IMG/VR virus record: IMGVR_UViG_3300020437_000005
Location: 1 to 64,000 of that record
DNA: 64,000 nucleotides
Source: a virus
Reading direction: 5' to 3' (one strand)
A program made the translations under genes and the position numbers. Of this stretch, positions 1-9,971 are shown piece by piece (positions within the stretch are counted from its first letter, which is position 1; every line of letters starts with the position of its first letter). The notes beneath the pieces were generated by a model. That model saw nothing but the letters and a program-made list of their open reading frames with translations, was not told the origin of the DNA and did no database searches.

Positions 1-2
1 AT

Positions 3-2435
3 GTCGATAGTGATATCGCCAATAATGGCGGAGTTTGGGATGCCGGCGGCGAAACTTATATTTACGTGGCAATTGGAAATGGAGAAGTGGATATTACTAC
101 TCAATCAACTGCATCAGGAACAGTATCAGCATCTACAGGCAATACAATTACTCTGTCAGATGCATCTGGCACATGGTCAACTGGAATGAAGGTTCAGGGT
201 ACAGATTCTGACACTAAAGATAATCCAGATCCAATTAACCCATCTGAATTATCACTCACTTCTTCAGAACCAGCAACGACTCAAGGTTCAATTACAACTT
301 GGGGTAATGCTCAGTGGCAAATTGCAGAAGACTCTGGATTTACAACAAATCTTCAGTCTCTTACCTCTGCATTAACTTCTTCTGGAACTCAGACTGGTCC
401 AACTGGATTTACTCTGGATTACGATAAGAACTATTATGTACGTACTAAGTACGGTTCTTCCAATCCAGCAGGAATATTCTCTAACTGGTCAGTTGCAAAT
501 CTGTTTAAGACTAAGTCGGAACCACTTTATGCCGATGATTTGTTCAGTACTTATTTGTATACAGGAAACGGCAGTACACAAACAATTGCGAATGGAATTG
601 ATTTAGCGGGTGAAGGTGGATTAGTTTGGATTAAAAATAGAGAAAAGGGTGGTAGCCCCATGGCATGGGCATCAAATTATCTGTTTGATACAGGAAGAAA
701 CCCAGACAATTCTGGTAGTATGGAATACTTTATAACTAGCCGGACGAGTGGCAGTGGTCCTACTAATTCAGTAGTTGGATATGATTTTGGGGGTTGGGCG
801 TCAAACGGATTTTTACTTGGACAACCCTATTCTATGGGAGCAGATGCTTTAAATGGTTCTGGAGATAATTTTGTTTCTTGGACTTTCCGCAAACAACCAG
901 GATTTTTTGATATAGTAACTTATACTGGAACTGGCTCAGCACATGACATCGCTCATAATCTGGGCAGTGTTCCGGGGATGATCATTGTTAAACAAATAGA
1001 TACCGAAAGGCAATGGTTTGTTTACCATAGAGGCATGGGAGCACATAACAATATTAATCTAGATTCAGTTTATGGACGACAGGGTGGAAGTACTGTATGG
1101 AATGACACAGAGCCGACATCCACTCATTTCACAGTTGGAACAGGTCCTGGAGTCAATAACAATGGCGGGCAATATATTGCTTACATCTTCGCCCACGACG
1201 ATCAATCGTTCGGTGCAAATGGTGATGAAAGTATTATTAAGTGTGGCACTTATACGGGAGGTACTGATGGGAATGAGATTGATTTGGGATGGGAACCCCA
1301 ATTTATTTTACTGAAGGCCTATACTAACAATTCCCGCGATTGGATCATGGTAGACTCCATGCGTGGTTTGACTGCTGATGGCAATTATAAATGGCTTGAG
1401 CCCAGCACAACAGATCCTGAAGGATCTAATAATGCAATAGCACCTACTTCTACAGGATTTAAATTATTTGACACAGCTGCATTAAATCTTACTGGTGTCA
1501 GTTACATCTACATGGCAATCCGTCGTCCACATAAACCTGCAACTGTTGCGACTGATGTATTTACATCAATAGCAAACGTTCCTATTAGCACAGTTTTCTC
1601 AACTGGATTTGATGTAGATTTGGCTATTATGGCAGGTAGAGATGGAAGCATGAATTATTGGGGATCACGACTGCGAGGAAATGTCACATTCCACAATTCA
1701 ATTGACACGAATGATGAAGGTAATTACAATGGTTGGGACTTCGAACATAGCGATTCCTTCTATCAAGACCAAATGAGTGGCAATAATGTCGGTTGGTTCT
1801 TTAAACGTGCCGAAGGATTCTTTGATGTGGTGACTTATACGGGAGGGGTTACTAATCAATCCATTACTCATAATCTTGGTGTTAAGCCCGAATTTATTAT
1901 TACAAAGGCACTAAACACCAATGGCATTAACACGATTTGTTACCATTCATTCTTGACTGCCAACAATTTTATTAGACTTAATACAAATCAAGACCGAAGT
2001 ACAAGTGGAAGCCTTGCGTGGAATGAAACTGAACCAACTTCAACTCAGTTCACTTTGGGTAATTCTGCTTGGGATGGTACAAACTACAATGGAACCGACT
2101 ACGTAGCTTACCTCTTCGCTAGCCAACCCGGCATAAGTAAAGTTGGTAGCTTCACAGGCACAGGTGATAATATTGATATTGATTGTGGATTTGCTGCAGG
2201 TGCTCGCTTTGTCTTAATCAAGCGCACAGACAGCAATGGTGATTGGTATGCTTGGGATGCAGAGCGTGGCATCACAAGTGGCAATGACCCATACTTGAAG
2301 ATTAACACCGCAGATGCAGAAGTTACTAACACTGACTACATTGACCCATTCGATGCAGGATTTACAGTAACTTCATCAGCCCCTGATGAGCTCAATGTCA
2401 GTGGTGGCACCTACATCTTCCTTGCGATTGCATAA
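3..2435 (+). CDS. Tail fibre / virion structural protein, 5'-truncated by the window edge
   Basis: Frame is open from position 3 (VDSDIANNGG...) upstream of the ORF-track start at 66. Repeated 'FFDIVTYTG..HNLGSVPGMIIVK..YIAYIFA' modules typical of cyanomyophage fibre proteins. Paralogous to 30413-35794. Confidence 0.75.
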   Translation, partial: VDSDIANNGGVWDAGGETYIYVAIGNGEVDITTQSTASGTVSASTGNTITLSDASGTWSTGMKVQGTDSDTKDNPDPINPSELSLTSSEPATTQGSITTWGNAQWQIAEDSGFTTNLQSLTSALTSSGTQTGPTGFTLDYDKNYYVRTKYGSSNPAGIFSNWSVANLFKTKSEPLYADDLFSTYLYTGNGSTQTIANGIDLAGEGGLVWIKNREKGGSPMAWASNYLFDTGRNPDNSGSMEYFITSRTSGSGPTNSVVGYDFGGWASNGFLLGQPYSMGADALNGSGDNFVSWTFRKQPGFFDIVTYTGTGSAHDIAHNLGSVPGMIIVKQIDTERQWFVYHRGMGAHNNINLDSVYGRQGGSTVWNDTEPTSTHFTVGTGPGVNNNGGQYIAYIFAHDDQSFGANGDESIIKCGTYTGGTDGNEIDLGWEPQFILLKAYTNNSRDWIMVDSMRGLTADGNYKWLEPSTTDPEGSNNAIAPTSTGFKLFDTAALNLTGVSYIYMAIRRPHKPATVATDVFTSIANVPISTVFSTGFDVDLAIMAGRDGSMNYWGSRLRGNVTFHNSIDTNDEGNYNGWDFEHSDSFYQDQMSGNNVGWFFKRAEGFFDVVTYTGGVTNQSITHNLGVKPEFIITKALNTNGINTICYHSFLTANNFIRLNTNQDRSTSGSLAWNETEPTSTQFTLGNSAWDGTNYNGTDYVAYLFASQPGISKVGSFTGTGDNIDIDCGFAAGARFVLIKRTDSNGDWYAWDAERGITSGNDPYLKINTADAEVTNTDYIDPFDAGFTVTSSAPDELNVSGGTYIFLAIA

Positions 2436-2447
2436 ACCTCTACCAAA

Positions 2448-2475
2448 TCCGACTTTTTATTTCAAAAAAGTCGGA
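2448..2475. repeat. Intergenic inverted repeat TCCGACTTTTT/AAAAAGTCGGA followed by A-tracts
   Basis: 11-bp perfect stem directly after the stop at 2435. Confidence 0.6.
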
Positions 2476-2518
2476 AAAATTTCTCCGGGAAAAAATAGGT
2501 CCCCAGACCTCTCATATT

Positions 2519-2525
2519 CTAAATA
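2519..2525 (+). promoter_or_regulatory. T4-like late promoter (CTAAATA)
   Basis: TAAATA box ~40 nt upstream of ATG 2565. The same box precedes most structural genes in the window. Confidence 0.7.
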
Positions 2526-2564
2526 ATACAAGGAAACAAAGTTAACCTATTACAGAAAAGAAAG

Positions 2565-4559
2565 ATGTCAAAACTCAGATCTGATGAACTCGTAAATATG
2601 GAAGGTGATGGAGCACCCAGTTTTCCGCAGGGCGCTACAACCATCGAGCCAACTGCAGATAATCAGGTAGCGACCAAGTTATACGTTGATAGTGTTTTAG
2701 CTGCTGCTAGTGGAAATTCGGTTTCAGCGACTGCTCCAACAAATCCTGCGCTTGGGTCTTTCTGGACTGATACTTCAGTTGCTCCAAGCATACTTAAAAC
2801 TTGGAATGGAAGTATGTGGATAGAATTTGCCGGAGAGGGCGTTCCATATACAGGTTTTCTTGGTTCTCCTGTAGAAGTTCTGACACCTCTTGATGGTGCT
2901 GGTGTTGGCGGCGCAATTAATTACACCGCTAGAACTGATGACATCGAATCATCGACTGCATATATGAAGAAGGGTGCTGTTAGTAAAGAAGAACTGGGAT
3001 TTAGTTCTAATCTGCCCGGACCCATGCCAGTTGTGGAAGGCCCCGATGGCCGCATTGTTGCCATGTGTCTTGAAAACGGTATTACCTATAGTGATGACAA
3101 AGGAAGAACTTGGACTAAAGCCGTTACCGCAGTGACTACAGCCTTTGGAGATCTAACTTATGATTCGGTCCACAATAAATACATCCTTGTTGGCGAATGG
3201 ACTGCAATGTATTCTTCGGACGGTGTAGCTTGGCAAACTGCTTCCACCTATCCAAATGTAAACAGAATGTACAGTGTTGCTTGTGATCCTGCTACAGGTA
3301 GGTGTGTAGCCTCAGGTGTTGCAAGTTCATCATCCACTTCTCCTCGCATTTATAGTGATGATGGTGGAGTAACATGGAGTTACTGCAATAAAACAAATCA
3401 AGACTCTAACTATGCTCAACAACGTCCTTATATTGCATTTGGTAATGGTCGTTGGGTGACTGCTGGTAATTGGTCGAGCGGCGGTGGCCGGTATGAGTGG
3501 TACGCTGAATATTCAACTGACGGTGTAAATTGGTATATGTCAAACGATGGCGATAGTCATGGATGTACGCCTTATGCTATAGTTTATGCTGAGGAAATGA
3601 ACCTGTTTGTTGTGCTCGGCGCTGTATATAATAACACATATATCCTAACCACTAGTGATGGTAATAGCTGGGCTACGCGCACAATTGCCACCACTGATGA
3701 GAACAAGCCGTACTCAAACGGACAAAAAAACCTCGTTTATGGTAATGGAGTATTCATGTACGGAACACCCAATTACTCTGGATATGGATTTATGGCTTCG
3801 ACGAATCTAGATAACTGGGAACGCCGCTATATTAATCAAGCAGCGCAACCAGGTGGAAACTCTCTAACACATAGAATTAGTGGTGGTACGTTCGTTAATA
3901 ACAGATACTATCTTACGGACCAATATACTGGATATTTGTTCATGACAGATCCAGATGAGCTAAATGACTATGGCACAATGATTGGCAATAATAATGTTAC
4001 AGGACCAGACACAATCTATACAGACATCACCTTCGTCAGTGATACTGTTTTCAACAATGCTGATGGATCAGTCGTAGACGAAGACTTTGCAGAAATATTC
4101 GATAGAAGTTTACAATACTTGGGATCTGGATCAAATAATATCATGTCCCCAGTTTCAATATCTGGCAGGACAATCACTGTATCTAATAATAATCATTCCT
4201 ACTCTGCTGGTCCGTATGGATTTGTAACCGCGAGTGATGTTACTCAATATGGACCTAGTCCTACTGATATTGTGTTTACATCGCAGAATGCTGGTACTGC
4301 ACCCGTAAGTGCTACTGATGCAACTGTAGCGTTCCGTAAGTGGACATTAGAGACCAGAGCAAGTTCTTCAGATCCTTGGACTTTAGTGACTGAATCAGAT
4401 GATTATGATATTGCTGCTAGTCAAGATGGTGCGACTCCTTGGTCAGCATCACCAACCTTGCAGCCAAACACGTCGTATCGAGTTAAGGTTTCTTATCATT
4501 CAGCTAACGCAGAAACAATTGAGTCCGTATATAGCACGTTTGAAACTGGACCTTCCTGA
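2565..4559 (+). CDS. Virion structural/receptor-binding protein with BNR/Asp-box beta-propeller
   Basis: Repeated 'YSDDKGRTW', 'YSSDGVAW', 'YSDDGGVTW', 'YSTDGVNW' motifs; 'VATKLYVD' fibre motif; late promoter upstream. Confidence 0.65.
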   Translation: MSKLRSDELVNMEGDGAPSFPQGATTIEPTADNQVATKLYVDSVLAAASGNSVSATAPTNPALGSFWTDTSVAPSILKTWNGSMWIEFAGEGVPYTGFLGSPVEVLTPLDGAGVGGAINYTARTDDIESSTAYMKKGAVSKEELGFSSNLPGPMPVVEGPDGRIVAMCLENGITYSDDKGRTWTKAVTAVTTAFGDLTYDSVHNKYILVGEWTAMYSSDGVAWQTASTYPNVNRMYSVACDPATGRCVASGVASSSSTSPRIYSDDGGVTWSYCNKTNQDSNYAQQRPYIAFGNGRWVTAGNWSSGGGRYEWYAEYSTDGVNWYMSNDGDSHGCTPYAIVYAEEMNLFVVLGAVYNNTYILTTSDGNSWATRTIATTDENKPYSNGQKNLVYGNGVFMYGTPNYSGYGFMASTNLDNWERRYINQAAQPGGNSLTHRISGGTFVNNRYYLTDQYTGYLFMTDPDELNDYGTMIGNNNVTGPDTIYTDITFVSDTVFNNADGSVVDEDFAEIFDRSLQYLGSGSNNIMSPVSISGRTITVSNNNHSYSAGPYGFVTASDVTQYGPSPTDIVFTSQNAGTAPVSATDATVAFRKWTLETRASSSDPWTLVTESDDYDIAASQDGATPWSASPTLQPNTSYRVKVSYHSANAETIESVYSTFETGPS

Positions 4560-4587
4560 TAATTGTTCAATTTTATAATCAATTGAC

Positions 4588-4617
4588 AGACCTCCACAAT
4601 TGTGGGGGTCTTTTTTT
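4588..4617 (+). terminator. Rho-independent terminator
   Basis: AGACCTCCACA-AT-TGTGGGGGTCT stem followed by a T-run. Confidence 0.8.
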
Positions 4618-4623
4618 ATGTTG

Positions 4624-4630
4624 ATAAATA
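4624..4630 (+). promoter_or_regulatory. T4-like late promoter (ATAAATA)
   Basis: Located between the terminator and ATG 4652. Confidence 0.7.
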
Positions 4631-4651
4631 GTCAAAAGTATTTTTAGATAG

Positions 4652-4984
4652 ATGGCAGTACCAGTCGTCAATATAGTCATTGAACAAGGAGCGGACTATT
4701 CGTCTTCATTTACGATTACCAATCCCGATGGAAGTCCCTACACAATTTTTAATAACTCAGCTGCTGCTACATTAAAGAAGCACTCTGCATCAGAGACCTC
4801 ATATGCATTTACATCAGAAATTGATCCTGATGACGGTCAGATTCTATTGAGTATGAGCAATACGTTAACATCAACAATTCCGCCTGGAAGATATTTTTAT
4901 GATATTGTAATTACTAATATCAACGATGGTTATAAGAGTCGTGTAATTGAAGGAATGGCAATGGTTACTCCGGGTATAACCTAA
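4652..4984 (+). CDS. Conserved small virion structural protein
   Basis: 'NIVIEQGADY...GRYFYDIVI...RVIEG..MVTPG' pattern common in T4-like cyanophage tail regions. Confidence 0.6.
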   Translation: MAVPVVNIVIEQGADYSSSFTITNPDGSPYTIFNNSAAATLKKHSASETSYAFTSEIDPDDGQILLSMSNTLTSTIPPGRYFYDIVITNINDGYKSRVIEGMAMVTPGIT

Positions 4985-5010
4985 ATACTTAAAAGACTTT
5001 CTTCCAAGAC

Positions 5011-5292
5011 ATGGCAGATTATCGAGTTAAAATGAATTCGTATAATGTGAGGTTGAACCAAAATCAACCTCACATCGCTGCACAACAAAGAAAAACTGGA
5101 CCTTCAGCTCTCTCAAACTTGTCTGATGTTGATGTTGAAGATTTGGATCAAAGTGATGATCATGTTTTGGCTTACGATGCGGATACTGGAAAATATAGAT
5201 TAGTATCTCCTGAAGAACTTGTAGCGACGGACCAAGTTGTTCAGATTGTTCAAAATAACTTGGACAGAGACATAGATGGGGGTCTATTCTAA
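5011..5292 (+). CDS. Small structural protein
   Basis: 'LSNLSDVD..VLAYD..DIDGGLF' fibre-associated motifs; CTAAATA at 4981-4987. Confidence 0.55.
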   Translation: MADYRVKMNSYNVRLNQNQPHIAAQQRKTGPSALSNLSDVDVEDLDQSDDHVLAYDADTGKYRLVSPEELVATDQVVQIVQNNLDRDIDGGLF

Positions 5293-5345
5293 AATATAGA
5301 TTTATTTTAAATGATAAATATATTTGATTCATGATTTGAGGACAT

Positions 5346-8276
5346 ATGACGGCACCGATTATTCAGTTTAAGAGGGGTGCTAAGATTAATCTTCCCGGTC
5401 TTCGGGCAGGTGAACCCGGTTTTACAACTGACAAATATGATCTTTATGTTGGTTTAAATTCAACTACAGAAAGTAATCAGTTTTTTGGTTCAGGTAGATA
5501 TTGGGAGAGAGAAGATGGAAACGAAGCTCTTGCTCTCCGATTAGTCGATAAAGACGGATCAAACAGCATCAATCTAAAAGGACCTGACAGTTTAACAGGA
5601 ATTACAACTTATACCTTCCCGGCAACTCCGGAGTCAAATAAGTTTCTAATCACAGACGATGATGGAAACCTTTCTTGGGGAGATGGTTTAGAAAGTCTGA
5701 ATATTTCTGGTATCATAACTGCAACTGGAGGATTTAATTTAGGAATTAGTTCTGCAGGAAATGCGGTCACAACAGGACCAGTCAAGGCACTAAATTTTGT
5801 TGGAGTAGGAAATACATTTGCATATAATCCAGACACCGATACGATTGACATCTCGATCGCTGGTGGTGGGGGAGGATCAGTTGGAAGTGGAGAAGATATT
5901 CCACTTGGTTCTCCAACAGATGGTTCATATAGTCCTGGTGCATTAGATACTCTTAACAGCACAACAACAGTTGTTGATAGTATTGATGACCTGAATGAAC
6001 TTGCATTGAATATGCTGAAGGGAACTGCGGTTTCTGAAGTTGATTTCGTTGCAGATAAAACAGCAGGTGGTTCTCCACTTAGTATTACTCTCACACCAAC
6101 ATTTGCTGGAAATGCAGATCGATTTGATGTTGACTGGGGTGATGGAGGTAATGTTGAACTAGATCTAACACTTGCACAACTTAATCATACATATAACGAA
6201 TCTGCGGGTGGTCTATTCTCAATCACTTTGAATGCAAAGAATGACAGTGGTACTGGTGCAGGAAGTGAATTTGCGGTAGCAAAAAACGATTATATTACGG
6301 TTTATACGCCAGATCCAGAGGTTAGATTTAATCTTTACCGTAATCCAACTGGTGGGTCATTACTCAGTGGAAATGATCTATATGTAGTTGAGGGTCAATC
6401 TTTATATCTTAAGAATACCACAACAAATACGACAGGTTTTGATGTTGATTACACAGTAACCTGGGGAGACGGAAATACTGATTCGGTTGCTGATGATGCA
6501 TCTGATGGTGGTGTTGGTGGATCAAGACTCGAACATACTTGGGTAGATGGAACAAATAGTGGTGCAGGATTTGATACTCTGATTGTTTCTCTCGATTCTC
6601 ATAACGGTTCCGATCCAAGTGTAATTCCAACTACAAAAGAAATCTCAATAAAGGTTTATGATGATTCTCCTTCTCAACCTGGTGGATTGTCTACGAAATC
6701 ACTGACAGATATCCCAAGCACAGGAAATTCTCCTAGACTTGCAAGTGGAGCAACAGATAATACTGGTGCAGCACTATTATCAGATGGTGATGTTGTCGAT
6801 CGTGTTGTAAGCGGGTCCGTTGAGTCATCGATGACCGATTCTTTTGCATATAATGCAGATTCTGGATCACTTACCGCAAATGTAAGTGGATCTGCAGATG
6901 GTTCTGTTACATTTACTTTTGCAGGTGATGAGTCTGGGACATATGATAGTCTGGTTGTCACAGAAGAGAGTGACTATCAATTATTAGACTCTAGCGGATC
7001 TTCAATCACATTCCAATCCAGTATTTACTATCCTGGACTATATAAAGGATTTAAGGCAAGAATCTCAAAATCGGTTTCTGATCTTGCAGTCGGTGCAAAT
7101 AGTTTTCAACTTCAACATAGTGAAACTGGAAATACAAATACTGTTTCATTTGTGAAAGATGATCTTACAACAGATCCAACCACAAACGTGGCTTCTGCAA
7201 CAGTCTCTGAAAATGTGAGTGGTGTTTATCGTTATATCTCTGGAGTTCCTTATTACGACTCCGGTTCACCAAGTTTAACATTATCTGGTGTAACTATTGA
7301 AGACTTGGTTGGTCAGTGTTATACTAATCAAAATGATATTGTAGAAGTCAATGACGGAGTTTCTACTACAGATTATAGTTACTCTGACATTGATGGATCT
7401 ACAACAATGTTGACAGGTGGTATTCCAAATGCAAATGTTGGAACTGCTGCACCATATGCAATCGGTGACCTAGTAGTTCCGATTACAACATCAAATGTGA
7501 GAACTGAGAGTCAAATCAAAGTTCGTGCAAAGAATGTGAATGGTGTTGGCAATTACAGCAGTGAGATTCCAACCAAGATTCAGATTCATACTTCAGAACA
7601 GTATGGTATCAGTGAGATTGCAATTCCTGTTGAGGATGTTCTTGGTAATGGATCACATACGGATGATGGAATCCGAATTTTTGATTTTAGTGGGGATGTA
7701 GATGACACTCCTGCATTTAATAATACAACAAATTTCTATATTAATAATCCTTATACCGAACTTCTTGATCCTGGTATTCAGGGAACTCAAGAGGCAATGA
7801 TTCGTGATGGTCAAATCCAACACGATACTTCAGATTACTCTACGGGATATCTTCCTTCTGGAGGTCCTGATCGCAGTGGCGACACTGGAACTCAATACTT
7901 TACGTTTGCATTCCGTCGTCAGGTAGTTGCAAACTTTGACATTAATATTGATAGTTCCGGTGTTTCTGGTCTCTGGATCGCACTGCCAGGAACTGCAATT
8001 GACACAACCAGTGGTCTGAATGGTTGGTTGAGATCTGATTCTGCATATTCTGGTGCTGGAGTTCCAGGAACAGAAACTGGTGGTAATGGTAGTAATGGTT
8101 GTGCATTTAACAACTCCGACTTGATTCTGCCAAATACTTCGTTAAGTGGTGGTTATACGATGACTCTAGGTGAAGAGAATATGAGTAACGCTACGGGCAA
8201 TGTTGTTCTTGTTCGTATCGCTTTAACATCTGGACAATCTATTTCATCGCTTAGCATTACGGAGGCATCAGTATAA
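5346..8276 (+). CDS. Tail fibre-like protein with PKD-like domains
   Basis: N-terminal 'IQFKRG..L..GEPGFTTD' fibre head motif; two 'WGDG' PKD-like motifs; ATAAATA at 5314-5320. Confidence 0.65.
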   Translation: MTAPIIQFKRGAKINLPGLRAGEPGFTTDKYDLYVGLNSTTESNQFFGSGRYWEREDGNEALALRLVDKDGSNSINLKGPDSLTGITTYTFPATPESNKFLITDDDGNLSWGDGLESLNISGIITATGGFNLGISSAGNAVTTGPVKALNFVGVGNTFAYNPDTDTIDISIAGGGGGSVGSGEDIPLGSPTDGSYSPGALDTLNSTTTVVDSIDDLNELALNMLKGTAVSEVDFVADKTAGGSPLSITLTPTFAGNADRFDVDWGDGGNVELDLTLAQLNHTYNESAGGLFSITLNAKNDSGTGAGSEFAVAKNDYITVYTPDPEVRFNLYRNPTGGSLLSGNDLYVVEGQSLYLKNTTTNTTGFDVDYTVTWGDGNTDSVADDASDGGVGGSRLEHTWVDGTNSGAGFDTLIVSLDSHNGSDPSVIPTTKEISIKVYDDSPSQPGGLSTKSLTDIPSTGNSPRLASGATDNTGAALLSDGDVVDRVVSGSVESSMTDSFAYNADSGSLTANVSGSADGSVTFTFAGDESGTYDSLVVTEESDYQLLDSSGSSITFQSSIYYPGLYKGFKARISKSVSDLAVGANSFQLQHSETGNTNTVSFVKDDLTTDPTTNVASATVSENVSGVYRYISGVPYYDSGSPSLTLSGVTIEDLVGQCYTNQNDIVEVNDGVSTTDYSYSDIDGSTTMLTGGIPNANVGTAAPYAIGDLVVPITTSNVRTESQIKVRAKNVNGVGNYSSEIPTKIQIHTSEQYGISEIAIPVEDVLGNGSHTDDGIRIFDFSGDVDDTPAFNNTTNFYINNPYTELLDPGIQGTQEAMIRDGQIQHDTSDYSTGYLPSGGPDRSGDTGTQYFTFAFRRQVVANFDINIDSSGVSGLWIALPGTAIDTTSGLNGWLRSDSAYSGAGVPGTETGGNGSNGCAFNNSDLILPNTSLSGGYTMTLGEENMSNATGNVVLVRIALTSGQSISSLSITEASV

Positions 8277-9586
8277 TGGCTATTCTAGAATCTCAAAAGG
8301 TTGATTATCTCTGGAAAAAGCTAGGATACGGCCGTACTAAAACAGATACAAATGCAAATAAAAAGGCATTTAACGAATCAATTCCAAGTCCTCTGTTGCT
8401 GCGTGGTGATAAGATTTGGGCACAATCAGATCTGATTCCCGCTACAATTCCTGCTGCAACACCATCAGGAGGAGTTGTCACTGTATATGCAGATCCAGTT
8501 GAGACTGTTCCTGATATAACTGCAGCGACTAATTGTACATGGAAAACAAATATAACGGACTGGATTCCTCCAGAGATTGGTTCTACCTATCTGGTTAAGG
8601 TTTATATTCATGATTCTGGTGATGCTGCAAATGCTATCGCAAATGGAACACAGGTTCTTGCTGCAGGTTCTGGTAACGATGACGAATGGTTCTTTGATTA
8701 TCAATCTGGTGTTCTATGTTTTGTTGGGGTCAATCTTCCATTTGGTATAGATTTCACAGGTAAGAGTGTTTATATTACCGGTGCGGTATATAGTGGAACC
8801 TTTGGTGTAGGGTCCAGTGGGGTATCTACATCTACCTTTGGTCCAACCGACTCTATTAACACTACTGGTATTATCACTGCAAGTTCATTTGTTGGTGATG
8901 GTTCTGGATTGACTGGAGTTATCACGGGTCTGACTGCTGGCGCAAATATTGAGATCGTTGAATCTGGAACAGGTAATTTCATTATCACCGCAACAAATGC
9001 AGATGGTTCTTCTGGTTTGGTGGAGGATACAACTCCCGAATTGGGTGGAGATCTCAACCTGAATGGACAGACCGTCTTCGGATTAGGTAATTTTGATGTT
9101 GCTGGCATCGTGACTGCCACAGCATTTAGTGGGAGTGGTGCAAGTCTAACCGGAATTGTTACATCAATTACTGCAGGTAGTAATATAAACATTGTAGAAT
9201 CTGATGGTGATGTCACCATCGAATTAGATACTGTTGATTTTGCAGTAGAAGATAGAACAATTGAACTTGGTATTGTTGACGGAAATGCTCCAACAACTAC
9301 AACAACCTGGGATCTTGGTGTTCTCTTCAACTATCATGATGGTACCGATGCCAAGAAATCTGCAGTTGCATGGGAACAGTCAAGAGAGAGATTTGTTTTC
9401 GCTCAGGATGCTGATGATGGTGGTGGAATCGGTGTTGACAATCCACAACTAACTTTCAATTCTTATGCTACAATTGAAGTTGGTTCTATTTGGGTTAATG
9501 ATTGTGCAGGACAGTCTGAACTGATTGCCTGTGACAATGGAGAAAGAACTCTAAATAATATCACTATCGACGCGGGATATTTTTAA
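8276..9586 (+). CDS. Virion structural protein
   Basis: Translationally coupled (TAATG); 'TGIITASSFVGDGSGLTG' fibre repeats; C-terminal 'IDAGYF'. Confidence 0.6.
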   Translation: MAILESQKVDYLWKKLGYGRTKTDTNANKKAFNESIPSPLLLRGDKIWAQSDLIPATIPAATPSGGVVTVYADPVETVPDITAATNCTWKTNITDWIPPEIGSTYLVKVYIHDSGDAANAIANGTQVLAAGSGNDDEWFFDYQSGVLCFVGVNLPFGIDFTGKSVYITGAVYSGTFGVGSSGVSTSTFGPTDSINTTGIITASSFVGDGSGLTGVITGLTAGANIEIVESGTGNFIITATNADGSSGLVEDTTPELGGDLNLNGQTVFGLGNFDVAGIVTATAFSGSGASLTGIVTSITAGSNINIVESDGDVTIELDTVDFAVEDRTIELGIVDGNAPTTTTTWDLGVLFNYHDGTDAKKSAVAWEQSRERFVFAQDADDGGGIGVDNPQLTFNSYATIEVGSIWVNDCAGQSELIACDNGERTLNNITIDAGYF

Positions 9587-9589
9587 CGC

Positions 9590-9760
9590 ATGAATGAAAC
9601 AGAATACCAGGCCGTGATTTCTACATATCAACAAAAGGCCTTTGAACTTTTTAATCAAAATATTGTGTATCAGACTCAGATCAATACTCTTCAACAAGAG
9701 ATCGGCGCCTTAAGAAAGGAAATTGAACAACTCAGATTACCAGAACATCATCATGGATAA
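9590..9760 (+). CDS. Small coiled-coil protein (56 aa), possible fibre assembly chaperone
   Basis: Translated manually (MNETEYQAVI...PEHHHG); heptad-like pattern; below the ORF-track cutoff. Confidence 0.55.
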   Translation: MNETEYQAVISTYQQKAFELFNQNIVYQTQINTLQQEIGALRKEIEQLRLPEHHHG

Positions 9761-9884
9761 TGATTTTTATTATGTAAAATACTTGCAGTTAGACTCTGAG
9801 TTAGAAATTGCTCGCGCAAGAATCAGAAATTTAGAGAAGGAAATTCAAGAACTCAAGACAAAAGTCTCATTATCGGAAAAGTAG
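9753..9884 (+). CDS. Small coiled-coil protein (43 aa)
   Basis: Translated manually (MDNDFYYVKY...SEK); overlaps the upstream stop. Confidence 0.5.
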   Translation: MDNDFYYVKYLQLDSELEIARARIRNLEKEIQELKTKVSLSEK

Positions 9885-9971
9885 AGACTTGAAAAACTCA
9901 TAAATAAATCAAAATCCAATATATATTGGTTTTTGAATTAAGAGTATATACTCATACATGGGGTTCTTTGA

